NCBI RefSeq assembly: GCF_021869535.1 | Contig: NW_026262679.1 | Location: forward strand, 37,138,001-37,202,000 | Length of the DNA stretch: 64,000 nucleotides | Reading direction: 5' to 3' | From: Mytilus californianus | Lineage: Eukaryota | Part shown: in pieces, positions 25,360-38,610 of the stretch | How positions within the stretch are numbered: position 1 is the stretch's first letter | How the letters are laid out: every line of letters starts with the position of its first letter | The notes under the pieces: generated by a model | What the model saw: the letters and a program-made list of their open reading frames with translations, nothing else | The model's database searches: none | Told to the model about the DNA's origin: nothing | Translations under genes and position numbers: made by a program

Positions 25360-27230
25360 TCTTAGTTAATTATTCATACAAAAACCCGAACAAAATATTC
25401 CATGCCCTTGGCACCTGTTTCTATTACCATTTTGTCACGCATGTTTTTACCTTAATGTTTGGAAGGCAAAATTAAACAACTCAAAAAGATATTTCGGGGA
25501 AAACCAGTTGTAAGCAATAAGGTCACCGAATTATAATTTTATAAGTGTTCAGATATAACATTTTGGTTTCATCAATTTTTTATTAAATGAACAATAGTCA
25601 TTTATTTTTAAGATTTCCGTTTTTTACTGTTATATTATATTTTCGGTTAAGAAATTAGTTCGAATTTCATTTGAAAATTTGTATGAAATAATAGGGAAGT
25701 ATTGAAATAGGAAAGACTTTCATCAAATTGCTAGAAGATTACAAAAACTACGAAACGAAGAAAATGATCACACAGAACTAGAAATCCTAAGTTTATCGGT
25801 GACAACTTCATTGAATTCGGATAAAAGATGAGCTCAGAATATTTTGTTGAAAATTTGTCTGAAATAATTCGGGAAATGTTGAAATAAGATGATGTTCAAA
25901 CCAACTGGTAAAAAGTTACTAATACAACAAACTTTGATAGAAACAAATCTAAATCCATACGAACATTATAAGACAATACCACATGAACTACTACACTATA
26001 CCTGAACAAATACACATTATTTTTTCATTGTCGAAAGCCATATATTTGTTTTTAAAAATAATGAATCACATATTCTTTGTTATCTTAACACTAAAAGTTA
26101 GTATACTACATTCATTTGGCTTTTAACAAACATTTTGCATCATTTTTTACGTGCAATATCTTGACCAAATTTTTCTAAATATTTATAGGAAACCGAATTA
26201 TCCGAGCCTCAGAATTCATATTAGAAAACAGATTATCCAATTCCACGAGTAAAGCTACTGCTGGTGTTCCCTTAGAAAAGACATCTGTTGAATAACGGAC
26301 ACTAAGTAAGTTAACCCATCTATTAATGTTACTTATGGCTAAGCTAATACAATTTATTTATCACATCTTTAAAGTCATAATAACCATTTGTCCTATTTGC
26401 ACCTATAGGTACATGACATACTAATAATAAAAAAAGTCCGTCTCCAGTGAGAGTATGCATTTAAATTTACTTTTTGGGGCCTGAATGTCATATTTAGATG
26501 TTGTTTTATTCTTATTGCGAAGCTTTGGATATAAATAAAATTGAGAATGGAAACAGGAAATGCATATATTACGATGTTAATTGCACCAATTTGCCGATAA
26601 TGTTCTACGTTCAAGCCATGGCACATTATTTATTATGCTAATGCTAATGCTAGTTAGTTATTCATACAAAAACGTATAGGTCATTCTCTGCCTTTGGCAC
26701 CTGTTTCTGTGTCAATTTTTTCACGTTTGTTTATTTGTAAATGTTTGAAAGCCAAACTTAAATAACATAAAAAAATGTAGGAAAAAACTACTTGTAACAA
26801 ATAAGCTCACATTAATACCGTTTTTAAAGTGTGCAGATACAGTGCAACAGTTTGGTTTCAACAATATGTTTAAATTGAACAAAAGTAAATTCTTTTAAAA
26901 TCCCGTATGGATTTAATAGTCAATAGTTTTTTTTAATATTTGAACTAATAACATTGTCCAATTTCCAGTTTACATTTAGAATGATTTAGTTTTTAAAATG
27001 AGTTTTGTCATATGATTTTCAATATTTGGACGAAAACATGTAAAAATGTATGCTTTAATGATGAATTTAATTTTGAAATCAACTATAATTATGTACAAAT
27101 AAAAAAATGTGATGAAAATAGCTAAAGTAAATGTTAAACTAGTGTTTAATTGAATTCTGTTGAGAAATGAGTTCAAATTTTGTTCAAAAATTTGTATGAA
27201 GTAATAGGGTGATATTGAAATAAGAATTAA
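25360..27230. repeat. Old diverged direct duplication (about 25360-25720 vs 26650-27230)
   Basis: Shared anchors TTATTCATACAAAAAC, TTGGCACCTGTTTCT and AAAATTTGTATGAA. Confidence 0.6.
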
Positions 27231-27309
27231 TTTCATTCAGTTGCTTGAAGGTTTGAATATTTCTTGTTGTTCCCGCAGACTATGCCCCAAACAACATCGT
27301 TTTGTGTGT

Positions 27310-28640
27310 AAATCACATTACATAGACTGCTTGATAAAGGAATTAGGTATTGACAATTCACATGGAAAGTCCGAAACTCAACATTCAACCCATGAAACTT
27401 AACAAAGAAGAAATCCTGAATAGTCATAGGTCTATTCTATGTTCCCTTTGAATTTCAACCAAAGACGAAAAACTGGGTCTTCTTTCATTTTATTGAAACC
27501 ATGAATTACTTAAATGTCTTTATAACAACGTTATATTGGTGGGTCTTCCAAGTGTTCCACGAAACCTCTATCTAATCTTTCAATTTTATCAGCAACCAAA
27601 GCCGTGCTTCAGAGTTATTCTGAAAATACCTACTCTAAGGGAGGTGTGAATCAGACGTGGATACTAACATATTCCAAAGGTAAGAGTACATACAATCTAA
27701 GTCTTCTTCCTCTTGCCATAGTATACACACATGACTTTTCTACCCTTTACACAAGTATTCCAAACGTAAAGACACATTGAAAGAATCAGTTCTACTTTTA
27801 ACAAATTCTCTGACACTGACATCACCAAGATGCTTGATTTCTTGATTGACAACATATTCGTTTCATTTGGAGGACGTATTTTTCACAAAGAGTCGGAATT
27901 CACAATGGAACTAACTGTGCTCCTATTTTTACCAACTTGTTCCTTTATTCATATGAAGCAGACTTCCTACAGGAAGAACGAAAAGAATCTAGCATTATTA
28001 TTTTTTTGCACGTTTCGCTATAAAAATGATGATATCTTCTCTTTAAATAATTCAAAATTTAGTGACTATGTTAAACGCATCTTTCCCATCGGACTTGAAA
28101 TACAGGATACAACAGATACAGTTGAGTCTAATATCTTGATTTACAGCTAGATATTGGCAATGATAATTGGTTGAGAACAAAACTTTACGACAAAAGAGAT
28201 GATTTAACCTTCACAATAGTGAACTTTCCTTTTCTATGTAGCAATATTCAAGCAGCGCCTGTATCTCTGGAGTATATGTCTCCAAGATGATACGATATTC
28301 CACAGCTTGCGTTTCCTTTCACGATTTCCTTGATAGAGGATTGCTGCTTACAAGGAAGCTTTTAAACCAAGGTTCCAAATGATAAAGTTGAGACCATCCC
28401 TTTGAAAATTTTACGGACGCCATCTCGAGTTTGATGACCATTAAGGACTATCACAGATATGATATGTTCCATTGGGTTCGTGTTGCTCAGTCTTTAGTTT
28501 TCTATGTTGTGTTTTGTAGACTGTTGTATGTCATTTGGTCGTGTCTCGTTATTTTTCCGTCATGGCGTTGTCAGTTTGTCTTTGACTTATGAGTTTGATT
28601 ATCCCTTTGGTATATCCCCTTCCTCTTTTAATTTATCAAT
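27310..28640 (+). mobile_element. Largest PLE reverse transcriptase remnant, followed by a family D tail
   Basis: Frameshifted RT motifs: LIKELGID, DFSTLYTSIP, MLDFLIDNIFVSFGGRIF, TFRY.DD, KLYDKRDD, IVNFPFLCSNI, KFYGRH; no GIY-YIG follows the RT. Confidence 0.9.
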
Positions 28641-28839
28641 GAAGTTAAAGAAAGAATCTTATAATTCATGTCAGTACAGAAGCAATAACTACTGAGCCGG
28701 TAATATCCTCGCGGACTAATAGTCCACCAGCAGTGGATCGACCTAGTTCTAGTAAATGGAAATTACTCTTTATAAATATCCCATTTGGCCGTATAGTTTA
28801 GTTTAGTTAAGTTAAGATAAATAGTTGAGGGGAACTTAC

Positions 28840-31800
28840 AAGAATTCACTACAGGTTCAACATTTTGTGTTATAAATATATTGTCACAGTAATTATGAAG
28901 ATTAAATTTGACAAATATTAGATTAGACGTTTGTAATCTGGACAGAGTTTCTTCTAACTAGTTGGTAGATTCATAGCTTCACAGCACTAACCAATTCTAA
29001 AATGTCGCGTTTGTCGAATATAGTTAAAGAAAAAGGTCGTTCTTCTTTCACTGGTATTGAAGTTTCAAGTTTTCCTGTTTCTGTGCCTCTATTTCTTTTT
29101 ATTGTACTTTGTATTTTTTTCAATCCTCAGCCTTTGATAGCTTACTTATCGATATAGGTTTTGGTAATTGTTGAAGGCGGTACAGTAGCATATGCATATA
29201 GTTGCTTACATCTACGATCATGGATCTCTTGAGGATACTAGTAGATGTTTCATTGGCAATCAAACCACATCTCTTTTTTTATAAAGTAAGAAAAAATTAT
29301 GATAAATATCCATAGATGGGATAGTACTGTCAAACTTGCATGTATTGACACATTTCTCAGTTGATTTTCAATCTCAGAAACTGATTTTGATAAACACTTC
29401 GGCCGATCTCTAATCATACTAAAACATTTTTAGCAGTTTTTATATTAATTTTTTTTGTAAATACTATGCAAAATGGCTTACGCTTTAGATTTTAGATTGT
29501 GCTTCGTAACACAGTAAACCTCAATGATAACTACGGTGTAGAAATTATGGTTACCCAGACTTCTTCTGGCCAACAGTGTGGAGGAAACATTTGGTTTTGT
29601 GCGGCATGTATTTATATGCAGACACGTCTTGTCATAATGAAACCGTTCGAGTATTTGTTCTTGTATAATTTTCCTTCAAAATCCAAAAGTACATGTAAAT
29701 GACTTAAAAAATAACATTTTCAATTAATCGACCAACATGATCAGGTGCTGCATGTATTTATGTGCTTTACGTACTGACCACACTGAATCTCAGTATGCTA
29801 ATTGAAAAAAATAAGGTTGACGTTATAAACTTATATTTGACGTATTGTTTATTTTGCGATGGAAGAATTGAAATTAAAAAAATAGCTATGAAACCAAAGA
29901 ACAAAGGCAAGCAGAATATAATAATTTGCATTATTCCTAATAATTGAAAGGCATTACACGATAAGATAGTAAATCAAATTTCTTCAAAGATAACTTTCTC
30001 AGAAGAAAATGCCTATTAGTACCACAATACAGAGATTTATTGGTTTATTGCAAAACAGTAATGAAATACTAAAGTAGTACATGATATACATCAACGGTCG
30101 TATACGTAGCTTAAAAAACGCCAACAGTCCCCGTTTATTTTTGTGTCCTTGCAAAGACGTAGAAAAAAAATTGAGTGGGTTTGTGAATGGGAAGGGAAGT
30201 TAGGGACAACACCATAGTTGATAATTTAATGAACGTTCAATTCTTCTAATAATATGCAGAAAAACATTATTGCAGTGTTGAAACACTGGTGTCTTTTCAT
30301 TGACAGAATAGTAGGGAAAGTGAGAAGAATGAACAACTGTTTTCTCACCTCTGAAATTGGTAGATTACACTCCGTCCGCTTATCGAATTTTGATTAATTG
30401 ATGAACAAAAATAATGGCGTTTCACTTATGACAATTGATTATTTCCAAATCTTCACCCATTCATATTCACCTTAAATCCTTGTTTCTCAAAAATTTGTTT
30501 TAAACTTTATTCATAATTTTCATTTCAAAAGATTACAAAAAGTCAGAATAGGACATATGTTGCGTATTAATTCTGCCATTTTATTTAATGATTAACTTAC
30601 TGATGTTTTAAAAGGTTTGGATAAATTTTAATTTGTTATTCTTTGATCTTTTCATCTAAGCTTTGAACGAAACGACTGCAGTATATCCATAATCTCAATT
30701 TATATTCGAATGACAGTTTTAACTTTAAAAGATTTATATAGGTTTTTATTATAATAAAGATTGGAATGAAAAATACGTTTATACTTTAAACTTATTTAGC
30801 AAATATCCTTAAATGTCAGATTAGGTAAAATAAGACATTACTTGGAAGAAGCAGAAGGGTCAAATACACTTTAAAACCTTATCAATGTTTCAGTTTTGCG
30901 AAATAACACAAACAAAATTTGAATTTCGATTGCTATGGTTTAATGTAACTTGTTTCACTCTTTACTCAATCTATGGATTTTTTCCTCTTGTTTAATACAT
31001 AAAATAACACCATTACAAACTTAATCCCAATTTTATTTTCTACTTTTAGAAATTTACTTATGACGTCACGTTTTGTGGCGTTGATACATTCGTGTGATGC
31101 ACAGTTCATAATTCATTGTGATGTACATGGGAGGTGTCCGTTGTTATTCTGTGGTTTACATGTTTTAATGTACTATTATATATTATTCATTTATGCATTT
31201 CTCTGTCCTGAGTGTTCTTGTGTTTAATGGTACTGTATTCCTGTCACATAATGTTGTCATTTTAGCATTATGTTTTACATTGCCATATAAGCGGGAGGTT
31301 TGGCAAGCCATAAAACCAGGTTCAACCCACCAAGTCAGGAATATGGCAGTTGTTGTCAAATTGTCCGTTTCTATGTATGTTGGCGTTTGTATTTGTAGCA
31401 GTTCAGTGTTTAGGTTGTTCCGTTGTTTTCCTCTTTTAGTTGATGTGTTTTCCTCGGTTTAGGTTTGTGACCCGGTTTGTTTCAGTTAAATCGATTTATG
31501 ACTATTGAACAGCGGTATACTACTATTGCCTTTATTTGTAACAGTACGAGACAAATATTCTGATTTGAGAAATAAGAGAAACATGAAAAGTTGAGGGGAA
31601 ATAGGAAAATAAGAAATACAGATCAGTATCAGTTAAAAAATAAGAAGAAATACTAAACTATTACAAAAATACTATATATTTAACAACCTAACCGGCAATT
31701 CCACAACAAAGTCAGAAGGTTAAGCATTAACTGTTCCTACTCAACTACGTAGTGAAACCGGTTGTGTTTTCCTGTTTGAATACAGTGGTAAATCAAATTT

Positions 31801-32141
31801 AGTCAATTAAGGTGAATATCGATCAACCAATCCCTCAGACACTACCCAGCTATTTAAACGATTAGTACATGCAAAGTTTCTAACGCTATAACATGAAAGA
31901 ATGTGATATTTCGAAATGAATAACGAATTTGTATGTTGAATACTAAGTATAATCAAATGGCTTTTTAATTATTTTATCTAAACGATAATGAGGCTACTTT
32001 TATGGAGTTTTCAAAAGTCTCTATTATTTGACTTTTACTCAAGCAGTTCGGTCGAATATTGCAATATGTTTATACTCTCCAAATTTAAAGATGATAAACA
32101 AGACGGAAGAGGTACTTGAATTACAAAAGTCGCATAAGCAT
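28840..32141 (-). pseudogene. Possible decayed exon chain, family unknown
   Basis: AG/GT-bounded segments 32141-32039, 31849-31749, 30470-30349, 29702-29555 and 29125-28840 join in consistent phase, with five stops and one frameshift; splice sites were chosen by eye. Confidence 0.3.
31000..31540 (+). mobile_element. PLE-derived family C repeat, twister broken by an internal deletion
   Basis: Reverse complement of 41890-42400; P3 and the 5' strand of P4 are deleted at ACCA microhomology (about 31330). Confidence 0.8.
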
Positions 32142-32399
32142 CTGGTGGGGTTAAATAGTTTTGTTTTGATATTCAACCCCCCCTTTCTCTCTTTTCATCT
32201 CGAACGATCAGCTGAACAACAGAATGTAAATATAAGAAAGGACAAGAAAAACAGCCAAGAAAATGTATTAACAGCTAGCTGAAAGTACATTTAATAAATC
32301 TGCTGATATGGAATACACGCCTTCTTAAACTTAAAAGCGATATTTGAACTTCCGAGTAAATAAAATACAGCCAGATAGGCAAAGGGGAGGTTTGTCCTC

Positions 32400-34110
32400 A
32401 CTTAAACTGCCAGATCACTTAATTTCACATTCAAATATATTAATGATGTTCTTTCCATTAAACAATCCAAACATCTCTGATTGGGTTACATTAATATATC
32501 CTCCAGAACTAGAAATTAAAGAAAGAATAGACACGGCTGCCTCATTTTAGCGATATGTTTTAACATTGTCATAAAGCGGGAGGTTTGGCTAGCAATTACA
32601 CCATGTTTCATGAAATTATTCTTAAAATGTCCTGTACCAAGTCAGGAATATGGCAGTTGTTATCAAATAGTTCGTTTCAATGTATGATGGAGTTGATTTT
32701 TGTTGCACTTCAGTCCTTTGTTTTCCTCTTATAGTTGATGTGTTTCCCTCGGTTTTAGTTTGTAACCGGGATTTGTTTTCTATTAATCGATTTATGACTT
32801 TTGAACACCGGTATACTGCTGTTGCCTTTTTTTATACCTCGAATATGACATAAGCGGCCATTTCAATACCAGAATCTATATGACAAACGAGATGATTTTA
32901 ATTTTGAAATTATGAATTCCCCCCACCTTAGCGACAATATACAAACTTCACCTCCATATGGGATATACATTTCCCAACTCATTCGGTAATCAAGAGCTTA
33001 CAGCTGCTACTTAAACTTTATAAAACGTCACCAGTGTCTGAGCAGAAACCAGGGTTATGTCAAAGAACGCCTCGTCCGTTTTCTAAAAAAAGATCATCGG
33101 AAGATACAAAATGTACCGAACTCTAGAAAAATTCAAACCGGAAAGTCCTTTATAATATGGCAAAATCAATAGCTCAAATCCATCAAACAAATGGAAAAAA
33201 ATCCTGACTTGGTACAGACATTTCCTTATGTAGAAAATGGTGGATTAAACCTGGTTTTATAGCTAGCTAAACCTCTCACTTGTATGACAGTTGCATAAAA
33301 TTCAATTATATTGACAACAATGTGTGAGCAAAATAAACAGACATACATGTTATAGGTAAAATGTCAAAATCGGGGTACAGCAGTCAATATTGTGTTATAA
33401 TCTTAATCACTATAAAAACAAAGAATTATTTCAACAAAGAAAAACAAAATAAATGAGATTTAGACACTCTATAGACAAAGCACAATGAAAGACCTTGTTG
33501 ATAAGCATTCCGTATCAACTTCACAAATAATACATGATGGTCTTGAAGTATAGATTCTAGGTACTGACGTTGTTAATCATCTTAATTACGTGTTATAGTG
33601 TTCTTTTTTATTTGTCTTGGTATATTTTTAACCTTACTGTTTAGTCTATTTTTGGTAATATCCTTTTGGCATGCCTCGGTATCTATTCTTCCCGCCATTG
33701 TGTTATTGTTCTATGGTCATTTTAGTATTCATGTCTTTCATTTTTGTTAATGTGCTTTGTCTATGTGTCATTTTGTTTTTCTTTGTTGAAATAGTTGTTT
33801 GTCTTTTTATAGTGATTAAGATTATAACACAAAGTTGACTTATGTTCCCCAATTTTTGACATTTTTACTTATTATGTCTGTTTGTTTTGCTCACACGTTG
33901 TCATTGTAATGGAATTCTATGCGATTGTCATGCAAGTGCGAGGTTTAGCTAGCTTTAAAATACTGTCATATTCCTAACTTGGTACAGGCATATGACAGTT
34001 GTTTTCCATGCGTTTGATGTGTTTGAGCTTTTGATTTTACCATTGATAAATGACTCTCCGTTTTGAATTTCCCTTGGAGTTCGGTATTTTTGTTATTTTA
34101 CTTTTTACCA
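32400..34110 (+). mobile_element. PLE family B: RT C-terminal half plus 3' region, with two nested insertions
   Basis: SLNNPNISDWVTLIYPPELEIKE...YDKRDDFNFEI...GIYISQLIR...NQGYVKERLV...QDLVDKHSVSTSQIIHDGLEV* (stop near 33555); family C insert about 32551-32831; inverted family B insert 33108-33488. Confidence 0.9.
33202..33288 (-). ncRNA. Candidate twister, family B (core intact, P5 3' strand deleted)
   Basis: GTCATA-CAA-GTGA-GAGGT...T^AA-TCC-AC-CATTT...AAATG-TCTG-TACCAAGT-CAGG-A. Confidence 0.55.
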
Positions 34111-34624
34111 ATACCCCATTTAGTGCCTTTACCATTTCAGGTAATGCACTGTCCAATGTGTTTGATGATTCCTGTTATTCTTTTTATGTTACGTCATGAA
34201 CAAGGAAACAGATTGACGACTTCAAACTATGATCTATGACAAACGTGATGATTTAAGTTTGCACTTGTAAACTTCCCATTTCTCTGTATTATTATACCCT
34301 ATCGTTGTAATTTCAAAAAGGATGTGCTTCTAACACATATTATTCTCCGATCGGCTTATGAGGAAGAACGATTGATTCTACAGTACACGAATTTCACAGT
34401 CACAATCACTGATTATGTCAATTACTTTCACAACAATGCCTTATTTTGTATATAATTTAGTAAAAATTTAATAGAAAGTCATCAAAAAATAAGCGGAAAA
34501 TGCCAAGTCGAAGAGAAACTGACAACGCCATTGCAAAAACAAAAGACAAACAAGTCTACAAAACACCAGATAGAAAACTAAAGATTGAGCAACACAAACC
34601 CTACAAAAAAACCAACTGATTTTG

Positions 34625-35080
34625 TGTGCTCCAAATGGTAAAAACTCATCAAAGATACCAGGCATATCATTTAATGATAATCTAGACGTTCGTTACGTCT
34701 ACACAAAACTCGCCAGTGGCAATCAAATCAAAAATAGTTGGCCAAATTAAGTACGAAGTGAAAGACCATTAAACACACACAATTCCGAAAAGATGTACAA
34801 AATAGGCTAAGGAAATCGATGACTGAGGGTAGAAAATTCTTAATGTATAATTGTTATTTTATTACGGAAAACATTACAGAAAATTATCATATTAATGATA
34901 ATTGATGTCAAAACAAAAGTGGCGACTACTTGGCTGGTGATACCCTCGAGGACGAAAGATCCACCAGCAGTGGTGGCATCGCCCCAGTGGTTGTAAAACT
35001 CACCAAAGATACGAGGCACATAATTTGGTACCCCAAACGCACGTTTCGTCTAATCAAGACTCATCAGTGACAATCCGAAA
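34625..35080 (-). mobile_element. Retrozyme-like repeat, about 1.3 units of 351 bp, with two hammerhead motifs
   Basis: Hammerhead at 35031-35072 (TGTCA-CTGATGA-GTCT-TGATT-AGAC-GAAA-CGTGCG-TT-TGGGG); decayed copy 351 bp away at about 34682-34721. Confidence 0.75.
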
Positions 35081-35084
35081 CATA

Positions 35085-35400
35085 AAATAAAGAAAGACAA
35101 AATGGCAGAAAGAAAAAGAGGAAAACAAGCAAACATAAAAACACAAAAAACAACATAGAAAACTAAAGTTTGGCAAATACGAACCCAAATAAAAACCTGG
35201 GTTATCCCAAGGTCTCCAGAATGATAAAGGAACAATCAAAAACCATAAATCAAAGAAAGACAAAATGGCAAAAAAACAACACGAGGATAATACCAACAAA
35301 AATACAAAGCAAACTTCACATAAAAAACTAAAGTTTGGGAAACACGAACCCAAGAAAAAACCTGGGTTATCTCAAGGTGCTCCGAAATCGTAAAGGGACG
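35085..35400 (-). repeat. Family D tail, tandemly duplicated (~160 bp x 2)
   Basis: AAAGAAAGACAAAATGGCA...AAAACTAAAGTTTGG...CCTGGGTTAT occurs twice. Confidence 0.75.
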
Positions 35401-36199
35401 ATTGTAAGGACCTCTAGACAGTTGACAAAAATGTTTGGTGAACCTTTATTGGACACAGACATAAATTTATCCTTGTAAGGATTCCTGGGTTATTTTTGAA
35501 ACAAATACATTGTGAAAATTATCAGATTTAAGGTCAGTCGCTGTTGAGAGGTGTTCAACGATCTTTTCTTAAACAGACTTAGTAGAAATACTAATGTTTG
35601 AGTGTTTCAAATCAGTTCATGCGCCAGCCAACGACAACATATTAAAGGTTGCATGTATAACTGGTATAAAATAGAATGCTTTCTGAAAGTACTACCGAAA
35701 TGTTTCATAATTCTTGATATGATTCACAGTATACCTATTTGGTGCAAAGTCAGACAAGCCGAATGGGTAAAAAGGTCAGAGGAGAGCTAAGGAATACTTT
35801 CATATTTGAGAAAATGTGTGAACAAAATTATAGAATATTGCCAGACAACTGCGTACGTCATATAATCGGTAGACATCTACACACAACATTGAGTATAACT
35901 GGCCGTATTACATTCAATATAGTGTCAATATTATTATGCTTAGTCATGAATATTTAATCTTATTTTTAACTTTCGCGGTTTTTTTATAAAATAAAAACAA
36001 ACAAAAGATAGTTATTTAGACATTTTATGTCCTAAAATAGAATGCTTGCTTTGATGTTTTGGTGTGAAAGTTTGTAAAGAAAGTTCATGTGATGATTTGA
36101 AATAGGATGATTATGCATCGTAAACCAATAACGATAACTTTGTTATTGAAGTACTGAACCGTCTATAATAACATATGATTAAGATGCTGTCGATATTAT

Positions 36200-36440
36200 A
36201 AATGTCAGGGAAATCTGTTGTGGCAAACATCAATATCTCACAAAAACTAAGGCATAATCTGATAGAAAATCAAATCACTCGTCAAATACCTTCAGAACAT
36301 GAAGATATGTATATGTGCAGCAAAAATTCATCTCTGTAATGAAGATATTACAGTACATTAAAAGTCAAACAAGCAGAATGATAGACAGTTACTGCTGATG
36401 AAGGACAGATACAAATGAAATATTTCATTAGATGTGGGTA
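36200..36440 (+). pseudogene. Possible immunoglobulin-like exon remnant
   Basis: One frame reads ...NLIENQITRQIPSEHEDMYMCSKNSSL**RYYSTLKVKQAE**TVTADEGQ..., loosely like a D-x-G-x-Y-x-C strand; ends at GG/GTAATT. Confidence 0.25.
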
Positions 36441-36753
36441 ATTCAAATTTATACAAACAATATTTGTTGATCTTATATCTACGTCACAGTATAAATGTCA
36501 CTATTTGGAAATCTATCGAACCATTATTTGAATTTCCTAATTAACTACTCTGGTTATATATGCTCAGTATATGCTCTCACTGAATTATTTTCCTGTAGCT
36601 TTATAAATTGTAAAGTATTCATTATCTGTCCTCTGACCTTTGTACCCATTTGGCCTGTCTGAATTGGCACTAAATTGGTATTCTGGAATTTTGGGTCCTC
36701 AGTGCTTTTCAAATACGTGCTTTATTTTGCCCTTTTAATTTTTTTGATTCGAG

Positions 36754-36795
36754 CGTCACTGATGAGTCTTTTGTATACTAAACGCGCGTCTAGCG
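36754..36795 (+). ncRNA. Inactivated hammerhead (GTCT/AGAC type)
   Basis: CGTCA-CTGATGA-GTCT-TTTGT-ATAC-TAAA-CGCGCG-TC-TAGCG; GAAA is mutated to TAAA. Confidence 0.75.
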
Positions 36796-37569
36796 TACAA
36801 AATTTGAATCCTGGTATCTTTGATTATTTATTGTTTCAAATTTAACAATAAGTGAATGCATAAGATTATTGGACGAGAAAGTACTATTTTAAATGTTTAT
36901 TTTGAGGGGAAAACTACAAATCATTTGATTGGATTTTTGAGAGCTCAATAGAAATTTTATCCTGAAATTTAACACTATTATGTCCATAATTCTGACGATT
37001 CAGCGGATATGTTGTCACTTATTCACGGTTGAAATGAATTAAATAATACCAATGTTTTAAAATACTCGTATTCAACAAAACACGAAGCACATTTTGTAAA
37101 ACTTTTGGTTGGTTATTACATAGAAGACACCCAAGGGGAAAATAAGTCTATAAATAGACGAAAGACTGACAATAATCAAAGGAAAACCCATATAAACAGA
37201 AACATCAATCGATAAAACACTACACAAAAACTAAAGATTGAGCGACACGAACCCTTTCTTTAACCGGGGTACACTCATGTTCTCCACAAATGACAGGAGT
37301 TCCTACTCAACCAGTGATAACTGTCGTGTTTCTCATGACATGTAAAATTAGGTGATGAGTTACATACGGTTAAAAAATTAGAGGAAGGAAGGACGGGATT
37401 GTGGCTCCGACAAATGAAAAATAACCGTCGTCATCTGTGAAATAAAAAGATATTCCATACCGGTCATGATACTGTCCGTAAAATTTTCGAAGAAATAGCA
37501 TCAACATTTACAACAGGAAGATATATATGCGGGAGCTGCTGATAATAAACAAAATTGAAATTCACAATG

Positions 37570-38610
37570 TGTAAGTAGAAATTATCTATTTGTTTAGTTT
37601 TCAACCGACCTTCAATGTCAGTTTATAGACGTAAGTCAAGATATTAAGCAGACCTTACTGTGTATCTTGCATCTTCTATTTCAAGTTTAGTGGGATATAT
37701 GTGAAAAACATAGTTACTTAAGTTCAAACTTATTTTTACTTAAATAAAGGCAACAGTAGTATACCGCTGATCGAAACTCATAAATCGATAGAGATAAAAA
37801 CAAATCTGGGTTACAAACTAAAACTGAGGGAAACGCATCAAATATAAGAGGAGAACAACGACACAACAAAAACACAACATTAAAATGTAACACACACAGA
37901 AACGAACAATAATATAACAATGGCCATTTTCCTGACTTGGTACAGGACATTTTAAGAAAAAAATGGTGTGTTGAACCTGGTTTTGTGGCATGCCAAACCT
38001 CCCGCTTGTATGGCAACGTCAAACACAACACCAAAACGACAACATCACATGACAGCTTATTACTGATGAGATTTGTTAAAGTAACTATATATTGTGTACG
38101 AAATGTAAGTTTTTTTTTCTTATTGTCATTAACTCAGAAGCAGATTAGGGTAAACACATTATGTCACCTTGACCTTTCCCATCCGGCAGTCAAACGCCTG
38201 CTATGTTCGGGATGTATAAATATCTGTGTGGAATGTATAATTTCTGAATGTGCAAGTAGAAATTATCTTTTTGTTTAGTTTTCAACCGACCTTCAATGTC
38301 AGTTTATAGATGTAAGTCAAGATATTAAGCAGACCTTACTGTGTATCTTGTATCTTCTATTTCAAGTTTAGTGGGATATATGTGATCAACATAGTTACTA
38401 AAGTTCAAACTTATTTTTACTTAAGCTTATAACTGATGAGATTTGTTAAAGTAACTATATATTGTGTAAGATATGTAAGTTTTTTGTCTCATTGTCATTA
38501 ACTCAGAAGCAGACTAGGGTAAAACATAATGTCATCTTGACCTTTCCCATCCGGCAGTCAAACGCCTGCTATGTTCGGGATGTATAAATACCTGCGCGGA
38601 ATGTATAAAC
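37570..38610. repeat. ~365-bp tandem duplication, first copy interrupted by a family C insertion (about 37741-38048)
   Basis: 37570-37740 matches 38250-38424, and 38050-38230 matches 38425-38608. Confidence 0.9.
37923..38014 (-). ncRNA. Candidate twister, family C
   Basis: GCCAT-ACAA-GCGG-GAGGT-...-C^AA-CAC-AC-CATTTT...AAAATG-T-CCTG-TACCAAGT-CAGG-AAA-ATGGC; one P2 mismatch. Confidence 0.6.

Noticed and set aside
27310-28450. Selenocysteine (TGA) recoding or a SECIS, as reported for some Naiad PLEs
   Set aside because: The in-frame TGA codons I checked do not fall at expected Cys positions and occur among many other stops and frameshifts; no convincing SECIS was seen. This needs an intact consensus to test.
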